DNA of 61,098 nt, counting the filler, from Asterionella formosa (lineage: Eukaryota), in assembly GCA_002256025.1 (NCBI GenBank). It is 7 parts of 7 records of this genome, joined end to end, with 100 filler letters (N's around TTAATTAATTAA, not from the genome) between each part and the next. Parts side by side here need not be neighbours in the genome. Positions count along the whole stretch, not along the records: positions 35,014 to 43,662 come from NKIB01011906.1; positions 43,763 to 52,380 come from NKIB01011935.1; 5 more parts are not named here. One strand, 5' to 3'. How positions within the stretch are numbered: position 1 is the first letter of the stretch; every line of letters starts with the position of its first letter. The notes below the pieces were generated by a model. It saw only the letters and a list, made by a program, of their open reading frames with translations. It did not search any database and was not told where the DNA came from. Positions 37,291 through 50,627 of this stretch are shown here, piece after piece. A program made the position numbers and the translations under genes.

Positions 37291-39349
37291 TTTAAACGCT
37301 TATTACTATATTTTTATTTTAATGGTTGTACTGTCTTACTGTTTTCTTCATTGCTTCCATGGATTGATCGGGGTTGCGAAGTCTTGGAGCACATGTAACA
37401 TTGTTTTCTCGGAAAGTAACATGATTGTTCTCTCGGGAGTTTACCAGTACTATCTACATCCACTAGTGGTAGTTGATCATCATTGATCAAACTGGTGCGA
37501 ACCAGAACTAGAATGCACTTCAAAGAAAGGAAGAAATAGTGCAATGGTTCGGCCACAATGACTGCAGACATTGATTCTTTAATTTGCTTCCTTCTTGTTT
37601 CTTGATTTTCCCTTAGCACATCATCAGATCCATAATAAGTCGTATCTGATTGCCTTCCTTTTTGGACTGTTTAAAATTGTGCGGTATGCATATTTTCGTT
37701 TCGTTTTGGCCACTGGATCCTGCAAATACATCTAAGCCGCGTATTACGTGAAGTGACCATCACGTAAATAAGACTAGTTGATTTTGAATGGATCACATGA
37801 ATTAGTTGAATACATCGAAATGCTTACTTGTATATATCAATAAATTATCTGAATACATAACGTTAATTATTTGATCAGAGTATCATGCATACATTCCTGA
37901 TCATCACTATATTACGTGATCACCTTAACATAATTATTTGAAATACTTCAATTAGTTCTAATGCCTTTTAATTTTGTTCACGTAATTCTATAATATAGTT
38001 CACGTAATTCTATAATATAGTTTACGTAATGTATTAAATTTGTTAACATAATTCAAAAGTACTATCAATTATGTTGATTACTAATTCAACTACCAGTATT
38101 TCACATTACACCATGGGAAACAAATCTCGATATGCAATCAAACAAAGCAGTTCTTTCAGAATGGCATCTTCAGTCTTGAGATGGCAGGCATCATGAGAAG
38201 TCTGTAAGTACAATGCAAGACAAACAGAAGCTATTCATTCTGAATGAAAAAATTATTCATTCTTGAAGAGGCATCATCACACTGGCTTCCTTCTTTTCCT
38301 TGAAATGACTTCGTCATTGACCTGCAAAAAGATTTATATAAGAACAGTGTGTCAGTATTTCATTTAATAGAACTAGCAACAGCAGAAAGCAACACACACA
38401 TGTGCTCTTCAACTGTTTAACGGAGAAGTCAAATTGACAGCAAGACACCGGCATTAGCCACCAGGTAGCACCGCAACTCACTGATGCATTCAAAAGAATG
38501 CTCCTGTTGTGAAATGGACGGCTAAAATGTAAAATAAATGTAGAGAACAATAATAGAACCACATGATTTATCGCTCGCTTTGCTGATGTGATGACAAAAA
38601 CTGAAGATTAAGCTCACCTTAAAGGCCTCCATTGCGGGTCTTCATATTGGATCATTTCATCTTTTATCATTCATGCTTTCCAAAGAAAACTCCTTTTCTG
38701 AAAAGTCCGGTTCAAATGTCAAATGAATGTTGAAAACAACAGCATAACAGTATGAGTTATCCCTGCTGGCTTGGTGATATGATAGCGAAAATAGCAAGCA
38801 AATAAATCTTACCTTAAAAGCATCGATTGCTTACGATCTCAATGTTGCAACCATCATTCCACCTTCTGTTGTTGCAACAAACAATATGTGAGTTCTTGGC
38901 TGATGAAGGATTTGTTAATGGTGAGGCGCTGAAAATCTGGAAGGGGGATGCTAGTTGTAAGGGTCGTCCCCATGTTGAAATTAAATTGTTCACAGTGGTG
39001 TTGAATGTTGGTGTTTTTATGAATTCAGAGGGTCAAAAATCCTGGCGCAGCCATGATTCCTCTTTGTACCAACAGAACCTACAATCTACACGAAAAATCT
39101 GGCGCAGTCTTGCTAACAATTTTGTCGGGACAAATTTCTGAGGCTGCAAGTGTGACTTGAGCAAATATGACAAGAGGGAGAGGACACAGCCAATTGTTAC
39201 TCCTAATTGACTGCACTGGATGATCTGCCATTAGCCTTGTACTACTATAGTAAAAGAAATACGCCTGGATTTTATATTGAAAACAATCAACTGATGAGTT
39301 AACCAATTCACTCGCATGATAAAATTTTAATCTGTTGTGTATTCCTCAA

Positions 39350-39830
39350 TTCTGTGTGATTTGCACATTCAGAGCATTGTAGCAACTGCGTGGCAAAAAC
39401 CCATTGGTCCCATGCTTGTTCCGCCTAGAAAGAGCTCTTGGATCGCTCCCTTGAGTGTCATTGTCTCCATATGAAGTTTTTCTCCTTCTCAGCTCATCTT
39501 CTAGAATGGCTTCTGTTACTGATTTCACTCCATCTGGCCCTAGCTAATCGGTTTCCGGTCAAATACAGTTTGGTCACAGGGCACCCTCTCCTGATCCCAT
39601 CAGCCAATGCCATGGCTCTTTTTCCCCGCATGCGATTGCCTTCCAAGTAGAGCGTATGCAAGGCAGATCCAAACAAAGTACGTGCCTATGATCTAATCCC
39701 ATCATCGCCGACTTGGTTGAATCCAAGATCCAATGATCCCAAAGGGCGGTGTGCTGAAATCCCGACAGCCAACGTATTAAAACATACCTTTGTTGCCCAA
39801 GTTGTTGTAACCTGGTTTGAGAATGGAAAG
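39350..39830 (-). pseudogene. RNI-type leucine-rich-repeat gene remnant
   Basis: LDLGFNQVGDDGI, LHTLYLEGNRM and VTKLYLTGNRL, broken by a stop and frameshifts. Confidence 0.7.
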
Positions 39831-42800
39831 ATTTGAATTCTGCAGCAGGGCCACTTTGACTAAGCGTGCGTCCGATGACTGCAATCCTCGCTGTGATAAT
39901 CAATCTACCAATCGTGAGTTCGGATGGAGTATTTGAGGGAAAAAGCGCCAAGGGGTTAGAACAACTGAGCCACGACACAGCGCAACACAACAACACGCAC
40001 TCGGGGTGATTGTACCAGTACTTAACTTGGTTAGCTATCCTCGCATGAGTGCTTCTGATAAGCGTCGAAGGACACTCTCTCGAGTCGGCGTTGCTTTGGG
40101 GGCGTAGTGCGAGTTCAATTTGCCAATTTTACATTGACAATGCGCACTTACTTCAGCCTGCAGCAACGATGTTTATGGTTGCGTCAAATTGGTGCATGAG
40201 GACGGCGAAATTTCTTTTCACTGTCATTTCTTGGCCGATTCATGCCTTCTTGGCATATGTACCACCATATGTTACTTGAGTTGCATTTCGCAATGATTTC
40301 TCCTCTTAAACAATTTTATCTTGAACTTTTAAAATATGTAGTTGTAGCATCGACTAGTTTTGTCTTGTAAATCACTGTATGATTCTGAACCATCACATGA
40401 AAACCTCGAAGAGAAGTCTTGTTCACTATAATAGTTCACATTATTTACGTGAAGTGCACAACTATAAACTGTAGATTGTCCATGCATGAAATACGACACT
40501 TACTATTTCACAAATAAAGATGAGTGTAGTAAATGAATTAGCCACGAGAGCAGGATATTAGTTGATCTATGAAATGAATTATTTGAAACATCAACTAATT
40601 CAGTCTCGAGTTCAAAGTTCATTGTGAAAACTTCACATGAAACCGTTAAAAGTAACCTTTTCTATGGGAAGAGTGGCATTAATTAATGTCAAGTACCTAT
40701 CATTATTACTTTCGAAAAGTGGCGTATTTCGCGGCTTAGATGCACCATGTTTTTTGGACATCATCGTGACACAGCATTGTTTATTGCTTCATTTATTTGA
40801 GTATCTAATGGATGTACTACTAAAATGATAGCAGCTTTCGTCTTCCACTTTCATTGCAATATAAAACATCTACCAGTCATATAATTTTGTTTCTTTTTTC
40901 TTGTCATGATTTTTACGTTGCTTAGATTTTTCCGGTATGAACAGTACAGCAGGTCTCAGGGCAGTAATGATTACAACAAAATAAATGTTGATTGGTGACT
41001 TGGAGGATTCAGTAAATTCGTTCAAGGAGATGCTCTGGTTCTTCCTGATCACAGCGCCAGAGTGAACTTTCAAGAGGGAGGAAATGATTCTCACCACATA
41101 GAACCAAAGTCCGTCATATTAACTTTTTGGAGAAGCGAGAGAAATATTTGCAGGAAAAAGCAATCGAACAATTCGGTAATTGAGTCGAAGTAGCTTCGCA
41201 TTGAGTACAGACAAGCAGTCTACCAGTTAGACTGTTACGCATTTGGAAATCAAGTACTTTGTCAGACAAATCACCTCATTCATGCACATTGAATGTCTGA
41301 TACTAGACTTCGTCCTGGCATGGCACTTTAATTGCACGAGCTTTTGTTTCAGTTTGAGCATTTCCGACCAGTTCCTCTGCAGCACTGAAGATACCTTGCG
41401 TAAACTAAAATCTTAAGTTAATTTCTAAGTTCACTGCGGAGCAAATGATATCTGCATCACCCAGTTCCATTCCGGCTTCGTGACAACCCAAAATAAACTG
41501 CTTACTTTTTTGTTATATCTCACCATTGTTTTTGGTGTTTTATGTCTTGCAGATTCGAGTTAAGCAATCATTTCTGAACAGGTCAAACAGGTGACTTTCA
41601 TTCAGCTTGCAAAGCCAAAGTTTTCCGAAGACACCACCACACGGTTCAAGTGTGAAATTGGTTAGTCTGTGATATCCTGTTCTAGAGATTCTTCACATTG
41701 CTGTACGATGGACATCATTTTTTACTACTTCTTTGAAAGTACTTAGTAACAGAGTCATAAATAGATTGTTTGCAATACTCTTTCGCAAATGTTCTTACAC
41801 ACATCTTCCTGCAGCAATTTTGACAATGAAACATGGCTGATAGTCGATTAGATGTTTCCTGTTCAGTTGAGAGTCTGGTTCAATACTCGAGCGATGTGAT
41901 TGTTTTCTGGAAAGGAAATGAGATTTTGAGACTACCAATTATGATTTTTATCAACGATTACACATCATCACCAACTTCAATTTCGGAAATGAGATGGCCA
42001 CCACTGGAACGTGGCATGGTTTTCTCTTTTGTTGGTGTTGTTGTTTTTGTTGTTGATTTGTTAAACTATAAGAAGAACGCCGTTTGAAAAATATACAATT
42101 CAATTTTTTTGTTTATTAATCTAGCAAAATTCATTCCACCTCCTCTTTTCTAAAGAAATTGAATCAACGAAGTTAAGTACAAGATGGTATAAAGTAGCAA
42201 AACAAATGAAATGAATGATTATAGTAAAATAACTAATCACTACTTGATTTGCTTAATAGAATGTTTAGAAGGTGGTTTGAAATCAGTCGTGTTCACTTCA
42301 TGTGTTGGTTACTTGTCTTATTAATGGCACATAACCCCGCGCAATTAACAGTCAGAGAGTTCCTCCTGAATACTACCTTTCTTTTCCCAATGGTCCACAC
42401 AGAAAGCTATGATCAAAACTTCTTGTAAACAAGATTGCAGGCTCTTTATGGCATAATGTCTTCATTTTGGTGAGAATGAAATAATCTTCCGAAAACCTGT
42501 CAAAAAACTATTTGTCATCATCACATTGGCACTGACATTTAGGGCAACCAAAATTGAAGCATGCATAGAAGATGCAATGCTAAGCCCCGCCTCCACTTCC
42601 GACTCTAGTACATTTAACCGGTTATGATATGTTGATCAGCATGTCGTATCATGAATGTAGTTGAATATTCTGTCGCTTTTGTAGTCATGACCATGAGCAA
42701 CTTCACTTTTGGTTGATTGTTTGGTAATTTTGTGATTCTATCATCACAAAATATTTGCCAAGCCGCCGGTTCGTATGAAGCATATTAAAATTTTATTTTG

Positions 42801-43662
42801 CTTTCCCCTCTGGTTCAACAAAATCAGCGCATTATTGACTTATGCAGTTTGCCTCCAACAACCCAAGATTTTTCATTCAATTTAAAACAGTTTGTGCTCG
42901 ATTGTCAAAGGGCACTCGCCTCATGGAACTCTGACGTCATCATGCATCCGACAACAGTCACGAGGTGCCAGCAGCTTACAATAATTGTTTTGGGAAAGAG
43001 GAGCGAGGCGCGCAGTTGGTGTGCAGGCACTGGTATCATCTACTGGTAGTCGTTTTGGATCAAAATTTACCTATTATCTTTTTTGATTTTAAGTTTGTAT
43101 ATAGATTGTTCAGGTCAAAAGGTAATGACGTAGTTGCTGTTTAGTACATATGAAATCAATTTTTTAGCAGATGGACAGAAAGTTCAGCCAAGTAAGCAAG
43201 ATGTTGCAGCATTCTAAAGTAGATTTGCAGATCGCAAAATTCAGACTTTCCCGGAACTCCCCACAATACAACTATTTCATCAATTGCAAAACAACCGATT
43301 TGAACCAATTGAACTGTTGGTGTAAGAAAAGTATGTAAGGAGTCGTGATCAAGTTTTGCTGGGGGAGCAAAAGTTCAGGTCAGCTTTTATGCTGAAAACA
43401 GCAAACTGAGCACGATTACAAGCATGTCTAGGTAGCGCCTACTTTCTTGTCTTGTGCTCGCGAATTTAAATTATGAGATCACACTGATCCTGTTGCGTCA
43501 GCGGTCCTGGTGCTATTTTTTTGTTACCTCGAACTCATTTCCTTTTTCCATCGCTTCTTCTGTCCTCCCTACATGTCTGATTTTTCGACCCTCAAAGTCA
43601 CGACTAGAATTTTAGCCTTCCTTTGATGATTTTGAATACTAAGCTAAACACATGAAGCTGTT

Positions 43663-43762
43663 NNNNNNNNNNNNNNNNNNNNNNNNNNNNNNNNNNNNNN
43701 NNNNNNTTAATTAATTAANNNNNNNNNNNNNNNNNNNNNNNNNNNNNNNNNNNNNNNNNNNN
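43663..43762. other. Artificial contig spacer
   Basis: N44-TTAATTAATTAA-N44. Confidence 0.98.
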
Positions 43763-43890
43763 CTTGATGAGCCTCATGCTCTCTTCAGACATTTCTGTAG
43801 ACATGTTAAAACACTTAAGTCCGTTTATAAACGTGTTAAAGTATTACCTTTTGTATAGATCTATATCGTTAGACAAAGAAGACTATAGAC
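43763..43890 (-). mobile_element. 5' leader and gag start of the copia family seen at 21240-22060
   Basis: Encodes MSEESMRLIK (ATG 43792). Leader ACTTAAGTC.GTTTATAAA.GTGTTAAAGTATTA is shared with 21986-22018. Confidence 0.8.
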
Positions 43891-44402
43891 AGAGACGTTC
43901 GTTTCTCTTTCCGTTTCTATATTCTTATTGTGAGTTTACTAATCTAGTTTAGGTTGTTCTGTTTGAACAAAACAAACGAACTATTCTCCAAATGCTGTTT
44001 TGCATTTCTAGGAACATACAATCATAGATAGACCCATGTCTATCTCACACTTACTGATCATAGGTATTTAACCATGATCATTCATTTCAAACTATCGGTC
44101 TTCCGAAATAGCTTATATTGTCCGGCTCATTGTAGTCGGAGTAGCAAAGTATAATGTGTGGTTGATGAGAGCTTGGTACATCAAAGTGGACTCATTCGAA
44201 TCGTTTGACTCGTTTGACTCCGAGTCCTAACTACGTAGATGAGCTCACTTTAACAAATTACATGGTTGCATGAAGCAACATTGCGAAAACATGTAAATGA
44301 CAAAAGCAGTATAATTGCACATAGCTCATGGATATTGACGGTCAAGTCAACCGACTGTTCTTACCCGTTGTTTCTCTTTCCGCAGTGAAACCCTCAAATT
44401 CA

Positions 44403-45416
44403 ATGGCTCTGGTTCGAAGAATTCAGTCGGCCCCTTCGAAGAGGAACGGGATTTTGGGTGTCTTTCTAATCGTTGCCGCTCTAGCGGTACTACTGCACCA
44501 GGATGCTGCTGACCTTCCCAGCTACTCCGCCGAGCGCTTCTCCAAGATTGAAGCCGCAGCAGGTAAGAAAAATATCGCACTAGCGGTGGAAAATCATGTG
44601 GTATCCAGCAAACTGATTTGGACCAGCTTAAGCAATGAAGAACGAGGCAAAGCAATGGCACTCGTCTTGCCCTATATTGTCGACTTCGTCAGGGAACTCA
44701 ACGCCACCAAACAAGATCAATGGTGGGACACCAAGCGATGCGCTAACGTCATTCGAATTGGAACACAGTGGGGAACCCACCAACTTTGCGACTATCCCCC
44801 ACCGAACTGTCTCTTTGTCTCCTTTGGCATTTCTTCCGATTATTCATTTGACACTGATTTGGCAGAGAAATGGACCTGTCGAGGATTCGCTGCTGACCCG
44901 ACAATTATTCACAAGTCGCTATTGCACGAAAATGTCACATTTCATAACATTGCTGCATCGACGATCAAAGCAAACATTCAATCCAAAGCTGCTAAACAAG
45001 AGTGGTGGACCACGACTGTTCCGTCCCTGAAACGATTCTTGCAACTGGACAGAATTCACATTCTCAAAATGGATTGTGAAGGTTGTGAATATGCCCTTGC
45101 ACGGGACATTCTGTTGGAGGAGCCAAACTTCTTTCATTCAGTCGATCAATTTACTTTTGAAGCGCACTTAAATATATTGTGGTTAAACGATGTTGAACAA
45201 TTTTATTACTATGCCATGTTGCTCAAGCTGTTGCGGGAAGCTGGACTGGTGCTGGCGGGATCTTCAATTGGAGGCTGCGGATGGGACAACGAAAAAGAAG
45301 AAGTGATGGATGAATTACGAGCGATTGGCTATCCTGGACTTGGGCGAAAGAAATTGTATGCTCGTCGATCTTGTCATGAATATCTGTTTGCAAGAATACC
45401 AACAGAGACACACTGA
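44403..45416 (+). CDS. METTL24/FkbM-like methyltransferase with N-terminal membrane anchor (~337 aa)
   Basis: CLFVSFGISSDYSFD, GFAADPT, IHILKMDCEGCEY and VDQFTFEAH, plus hydrophobic ILGVFLIVAALAVLL. Alternative start at 44328. Confidence 0.85.
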   Translation: MALVRRIQSAPSKRNGILGVFLIVAALAVLLHQDAADLPSYSAERFSKIEAAAGKKNIALAVENHVVSSKLIWTSLSNEERGKAMALVLPYIVDFVRELNATKQDQWWDTKRCANVIRIGTQWGTHQLCDYPPPNCLFVSFGISSDYSFDTDLAEKWTCRGFAADPTIIHKSLLHENVTFHNIAASTIKANIQSKAAKQEWWTTTVPSLKRFLQLDRIHILKMDCEGCEYALARDILLEEPNFFHSVDQFTFEAHLNILWLNDVEQFYYYAMLLKLLREAGLVLAGSSIGGCGWDNEKEEVMDELRAIGYPGLGRKKLYARRSCHEYLFARIPTETH

Positions 45417-46026
45417 AGAAAATATTTTCCTCTAATCAAGAACCACATCGGTACCTTCATTTGGACTGGAAGAGAATGGATTCCAAAATATGAATACAAA
45501 TGTATTCTCACTCATGCTGGTTTGTCTGAATGTGCGTTAGCTAAGCTGAGATCAATACTATCAAACCAATGAAGTGGCACACATCAAGTGATATTTGGTT
45601 GTAGTTTACTTGGGTAATTTCTATCAAAACTTACAATGAAGAAGCTTACATGCTGAGACCATGTTTTGATAATTTTGAACATTTACTCCCCTTTCCTTGT
45701 GAATGATCCAACTTTATGAGAGAGCAAGACTGGCAACACCTGCACTGCAACAAGAAGCCAAATAAATATTTGCTTTGGTTGCTGTTTTGACAATACCATG
45801 ATTACATTCTATGGTGTTGAAATTTGCATCATAGTACCAGGTACTCCAAACTGAAGTGAATGTCTTGAAAGGTCAGTTTTCCATTATACAACGAAGTTTT
45901 AAGCACATCAAGACCAAGCTGCTAGCTCACCTTGAGTTGCTATTCTCTACTTCTTGTGAACTCTGGAAACAAACTAAACAAGTTATTCAGTTTTATAGAC
46001 TTTTTGAACTCCCCTATTTCTAGGCA

Positions 46027-46326
46027 AATCTTTCATTGTGCTACCTGCCAACAAGACCTGTGATTCCCTAGTTTTGTTAGCATAGGTGAGTTCCCAACCA
46101 CCTTTTGCAAAAGGTGATGGCCTTAGCTGCAGTATAAGGGGAAACTCTGACTCCCTAGGAAGGCGGCACAAACTGTTTGTAGGGGGCAACTCGCTATTTC
46201 TTGCACACCAGGCAAGATCATGCAAGACGGCAAGGAGTGTGGGAGTCGAACCCAACAATTGCTTATAACAAAATTGTGGGAATCAAGCCTCACAATCTCA
46301 GATCAAAGGCAACATGCTAAACCACA
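46027..46326 (-). mobile_element. tRNA-headed SINE-like repeat, copy 2
   Basis: Reverse complement of 29835-30130. Contains a perfect B-box GGTTCGACTCCC (46252-46241). Confidence 0.6.
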
Positions 46327-48775
46327 TTCCTTCTCTGGAAAGAAGCCATAGCTAGCCAAGAAAGAGAAACGTTTAACAAGGTATGCAGTTTTTGTAATAC
46401 TGGTACCAGTAGACTTCCTTGGGTACATACTCTGTACTAGTTTGTGGATTCTTTGTCATTTGATACAGCTGTTATGCTGGGAGATTCAGGAAAAAGTCTG
46501 AATATTATGATTATTTGGGGTGTACCTAATCAAGACATTCATCATTACTATACCAAACTACCAAAGTTCTGGGTTTGGTCTGATTGCATGATTCAATTGG
46601 TATTCCAGTTGCTCTGACAATATCAGCCTTGTCCACCATTTTTGACCTCAGACATTTGGTTGATTTTACTTGTTATCTTGTGCAACCATAATAAAATCAC
46701 TTTATAGCGCCTTAAAACTACTCTATTGGGGATAGGGCAACTTGCATGGCACTTCCTGGCACAAACAGCCTGGGTTTCGAAAATACTAACCCTCTCCTGA
46801 TATCAGCAAAACGTACATATTGACTTCTGGCGCTGTCAAGCAGGGATGGCGGTTGTAAGAACACTCTATTGACCTCCTGTCACTGGGTGAGGGAGTGCAG
46901 AGAGGTGCTTTGAGCTGCAGAGAATCATGCTTGAGTATATCAACTCTTCACCTTGTCAGATGAGCAGCCATGTCTGTGAATGAATCGATATCATCAGTAT
47001 TAGGAGATGTTGATAAAAAATTCTTGGGGGTTCACTCCCCCTTTTGTAGTGTCAGTTCCATTGAAGGGAATGAACTTGACTGACTCCAGGACTATTCCAG
47101 TGTTCCGTGCTTCACTCATTCTCACACAATCACTTCTTGCCTTGACCTTAATTTCCATAAGCAATAGTTTTTAAAAACGTGTTGAGATGTTCCAGATCTC
47201 CTTGATAGTTACATGTCCAGTGCCCAGTAATAGTTCTCCACTAGGTAGTAGTTCGATAACACTTTAATCTGCTTTTAGCTAGCTAGATTTGCCTTTTTTG
47301 ATGTTGTGATTACTTCAGTTTCCTTTCTATCAATCTTACCAAATTACTTGGTCTTACCAATTGATCTTGCTTCATGAATCTTACTTTCTTGGACTTGTTC
47401 TTCATCTTAATACACTGTTTCTCATTGGTTGATTTCATACGATTCTTAATTCTAATTGTTTCAGTCTGACAAGTTAATCTTGAATATTGAAATCCATCTG
47501 TAGGAATTGCTATTCCATTTACAAATCCCACATATATCTTCCTGAATTGACCTTCTTGTTCTGGAATTCCTCACGACTGTCGGTTGTGCAGACTGTGCAG
47601 TCAATGCAGTACTAGCAGTACTACTGCTGTCTGCTAACAGTACTTGTTTCTTATCCTCAACAGTAGTCAACAGTTGAGGATATACCTGGTGGTAGCCTGG
47701 TAACATGAGTATGTACTGTACCCACTTTTGCTTTGAGCCACCCCTCTATTGCCCTGGTCATTGTTGTGTTTTGATTTTTCCCTGATTTTAAGAATAAAAT
47801 AAGAATAAAACCTATGTCACCAAGAGGTGATCATAGCTAGATGATTTGAAAGAGTGAATTGATGATATCATCTATGTATTCAAACGCCTGTCCTGCGTCA
47901 CGTCATCAATTTCAGCAAAATGATGACCGTAACTTGCAGCTATATATCTGTTACTAGGAGTACCGGTACCACCAGGGTACCAGGATACCTCTGTTAAATT
48001 GTGCCTGGTACATGGTACCAGGTACCAGGTACCGGCGTTTGTTGTGTTGTGATGCTTGCAATGTGCTGGACGGCTGCTGACCATAAGCACCAAGAGGACG
48101 ACTCAATACATAGGGTATACATTAATAAATATATAATGCGGGTATTTAGCAAAACATTTCACATGTATTTGGGACCGGAAGAGTTGTCGATTAATTTTAT
48201 ACAGATATCATAGTAGTAGTAGTAGTGAGTACAGCTAGCTTGTGTATCGGTACAGCGTAAGTGTAGTGACGAAAATTTCGCAGTATCAATATTTGAGGGC
48301 TAAGTATCAATAATTCGAACAAGACTTGCTCTGACAATTGCTACAGAGGTGTGGGATGTGACTTCGGCAGAATCTAATACTTAGCGCCCCGCCTCCTTTC
48401 CCGCCATTTCAACTCACTATTGAGGTCCCCGGTCCGGTCATTTAACGGCAAATATACGATAATTAAGGAAAGCATCCGTTACAACGTCTCCGTTGACCTG
48501 TACTATTCATTGAATTCATCGTGTCGTTTCCAGTTGCCAAATTTGGTTAAGGCTGAAATTTTAATCTAGATTGCATCTATTAATTTGATGCAAGTACTGA
48601 AAGGTATCCAAGATCCATCCCAAGAACCAGTTCACTTCTTAAAAGTATTAACACCTGCTTTTGCAACAGAACTATATTCTTGATAGATATCCCGACGGCG
48701 GTGCTGTCAATCTTGATCAGCTTCGATTGCTATTGATACGTACAAGGCATTGTGGACATGCCACTGCGAGTCAAA

Positions 48776-50326
48776 ATGATGCGTGCACAATGGAAGCTAT
48801 TACTGCTTCTGCAATTTATTCTTTCCGGCGCAAATGGCCAAATCGATGGCGTCTGCTCTTGTTCTCCTTCTACATTTGTATTCACTTTCAACTTCTCCCT
48901 ATCATGTCCTCCCGTTCGCATTTCCCAAAACGGGGGCATTCAAGAGAGTATATGCACCATTCAAGCAGAAACTAACGCGACCGACTTTGTCCCAGTCACT
49001 GTAACGAATGTTAAAGTTTACGAGTGGGACCAAAATTCTCTCCCTTTCCAACCTACGGCTGTCCTTGGAGAATTTATCGATGGTGATTCGTTTCCATACA
49101 TCAGCTTATCTACAAAGGAAGTTACTTCCATTGCTCAAATTCCAACAGCCATCCAAGTGAGTGCGACAGGAACAAATGCTGAAGGGGGGAATTTATTGTA
49201 TTCCTGGGTTACACAATATACCAACGTCTGTGACGTATATCCCGTCATTTTCCCTTCGGACTCTGCGGCATGGCTTGTTGTGGTAAGTCTTTTTTCTATA
49301 GAAATGATACAATAGTGAAATCAAACTGCCCATGGTTCTTGATTTCAAAGCAAAAGTACTGATTGTCCTAATTCTACTGCTCCTTCGATTTAGACCAAGA
49401 CCACGCCTCCTCCTCCACAGTTGTGCCCCCTTCAATCAGATTCTCCCTTGACCATTACTCCTTTCTCCGTAGCCCCATACTCTGTTAGTCCTATCACAAC
49501 GGCTCCAGTCACAAATGCACCAGTCACGAGTGGAGGCACCGATTCCCCCTCTATACCCGCACCATTTACTATGACTCCTTTGCCATCCCCTCCTGTTACT
49601 ATCGCTCCAGTCACTGAGGCCCCTATTTCGGTCCCCACTACAATCGCTCCTGTCACCGCCGCTCCTGTCACGGCTACCGATTCTCCTTCTACAACCACTC
49701 CCTTCACCACCGCTCCAACCTACGGTACCAATTCCCCCTCCACACCTGCTCCAATCACCGAGTCCCCAGTTTCAATCCCCTCTCCCATCACTGTTGCTCC
49801 TATTTCTACAACCACACCAATCACCAAGCCTCCCGTTTCTCCCCCCTCTCCTGTCGCAACTACTGCGCCAATAACGGAGTCACCGATTGAACCAACAGCT
49901 ACGGCAACACCCAAGCCTCCAAATTCGTTAGAACCCACTTTCATGAGTATGAGCCTGAGCATGGTGTACGTGGACATGATGGACCCAGAGGACTCAGAAT
50001 TTGGCAGACCAAAGGCTCCCAAGGCATCGAAGGGTTCAAGGGAAAAAGCTCCTAAGGAGTCGAAGGGCTCAAAGAAAAAAGCACCTAAGACATCTAAGGC
50101 CTCAAAGAAAAAAGCACCGAAGGCATCGAAGGCCTCAAAGAAAAAGGCTCCTAAAAAATCGAAGGGTAATAAGTCAACGAGCTCAGAGAAAAAGGGTCCA
50201 AAGGAACAGAAAGCACCAAAGGCACACAAGGCAACGAAGTCACCAGTGGAACCCAAAGCAAGGAAGACGTCCAAACCCAAGAATCTGCCAAAAGTCAGGA
50301 CTCTTCGAAAGCGTGTATCGCTCTAA
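48776..50326 (+). CDS. Secreted silaffin-like/cell-wall protein (~479 aa); 2 exons (48776-49282, 49394-50326)
   Basis: Signal peptide MMRAQWKLLLLLQFILSGANG. Phase-0 intron 49283-49393 (GTAAGT...CTAAT...TAG). Cys-containing globular domain, P/T/S-rich stalk, MSMSLSM, and a KXXK-repeat tail. Confidence 0.85.
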
Positions 50327-50627
50327 AGAGGGATATGCCGAAAAAAGAGTGAAGTGGCGACACATGCTTTCGAATCCTCGTGGTAGAAAGTGGTGGCGAT
50401 TTTAATCTCTCATCTCACAAAAATCTGTTTTCAATTTAAAACTCTTTGTTTTCCTATTGATGCAGGGGAACACAACTGTAGACTGTATAAGGAGTAAATG
50501 TGCTTGTGCTGTACGTCATATGGCAATGGATCTATGATTAGGCAGGAATGTAAAACTCATAATAATCATAATAACTCAAGATTCATTCATTTTTGCTGAG
50601 AAAAACTGTGCCTTCCTAAAATTACTA

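Noticed and set aside
46500..47760. Degenerate coding-like minus-strand sequence (also 38800-39330 and 40860-42030)
   Set aside because: Probably old TE debris, but no motif could be assigned with confidence.
49432..50280. Antisense ORFs over the silaffin-like gene (and over other long CDSs)
   Set aside because: Shadow ORFs of repetitive or biased coding sequence.
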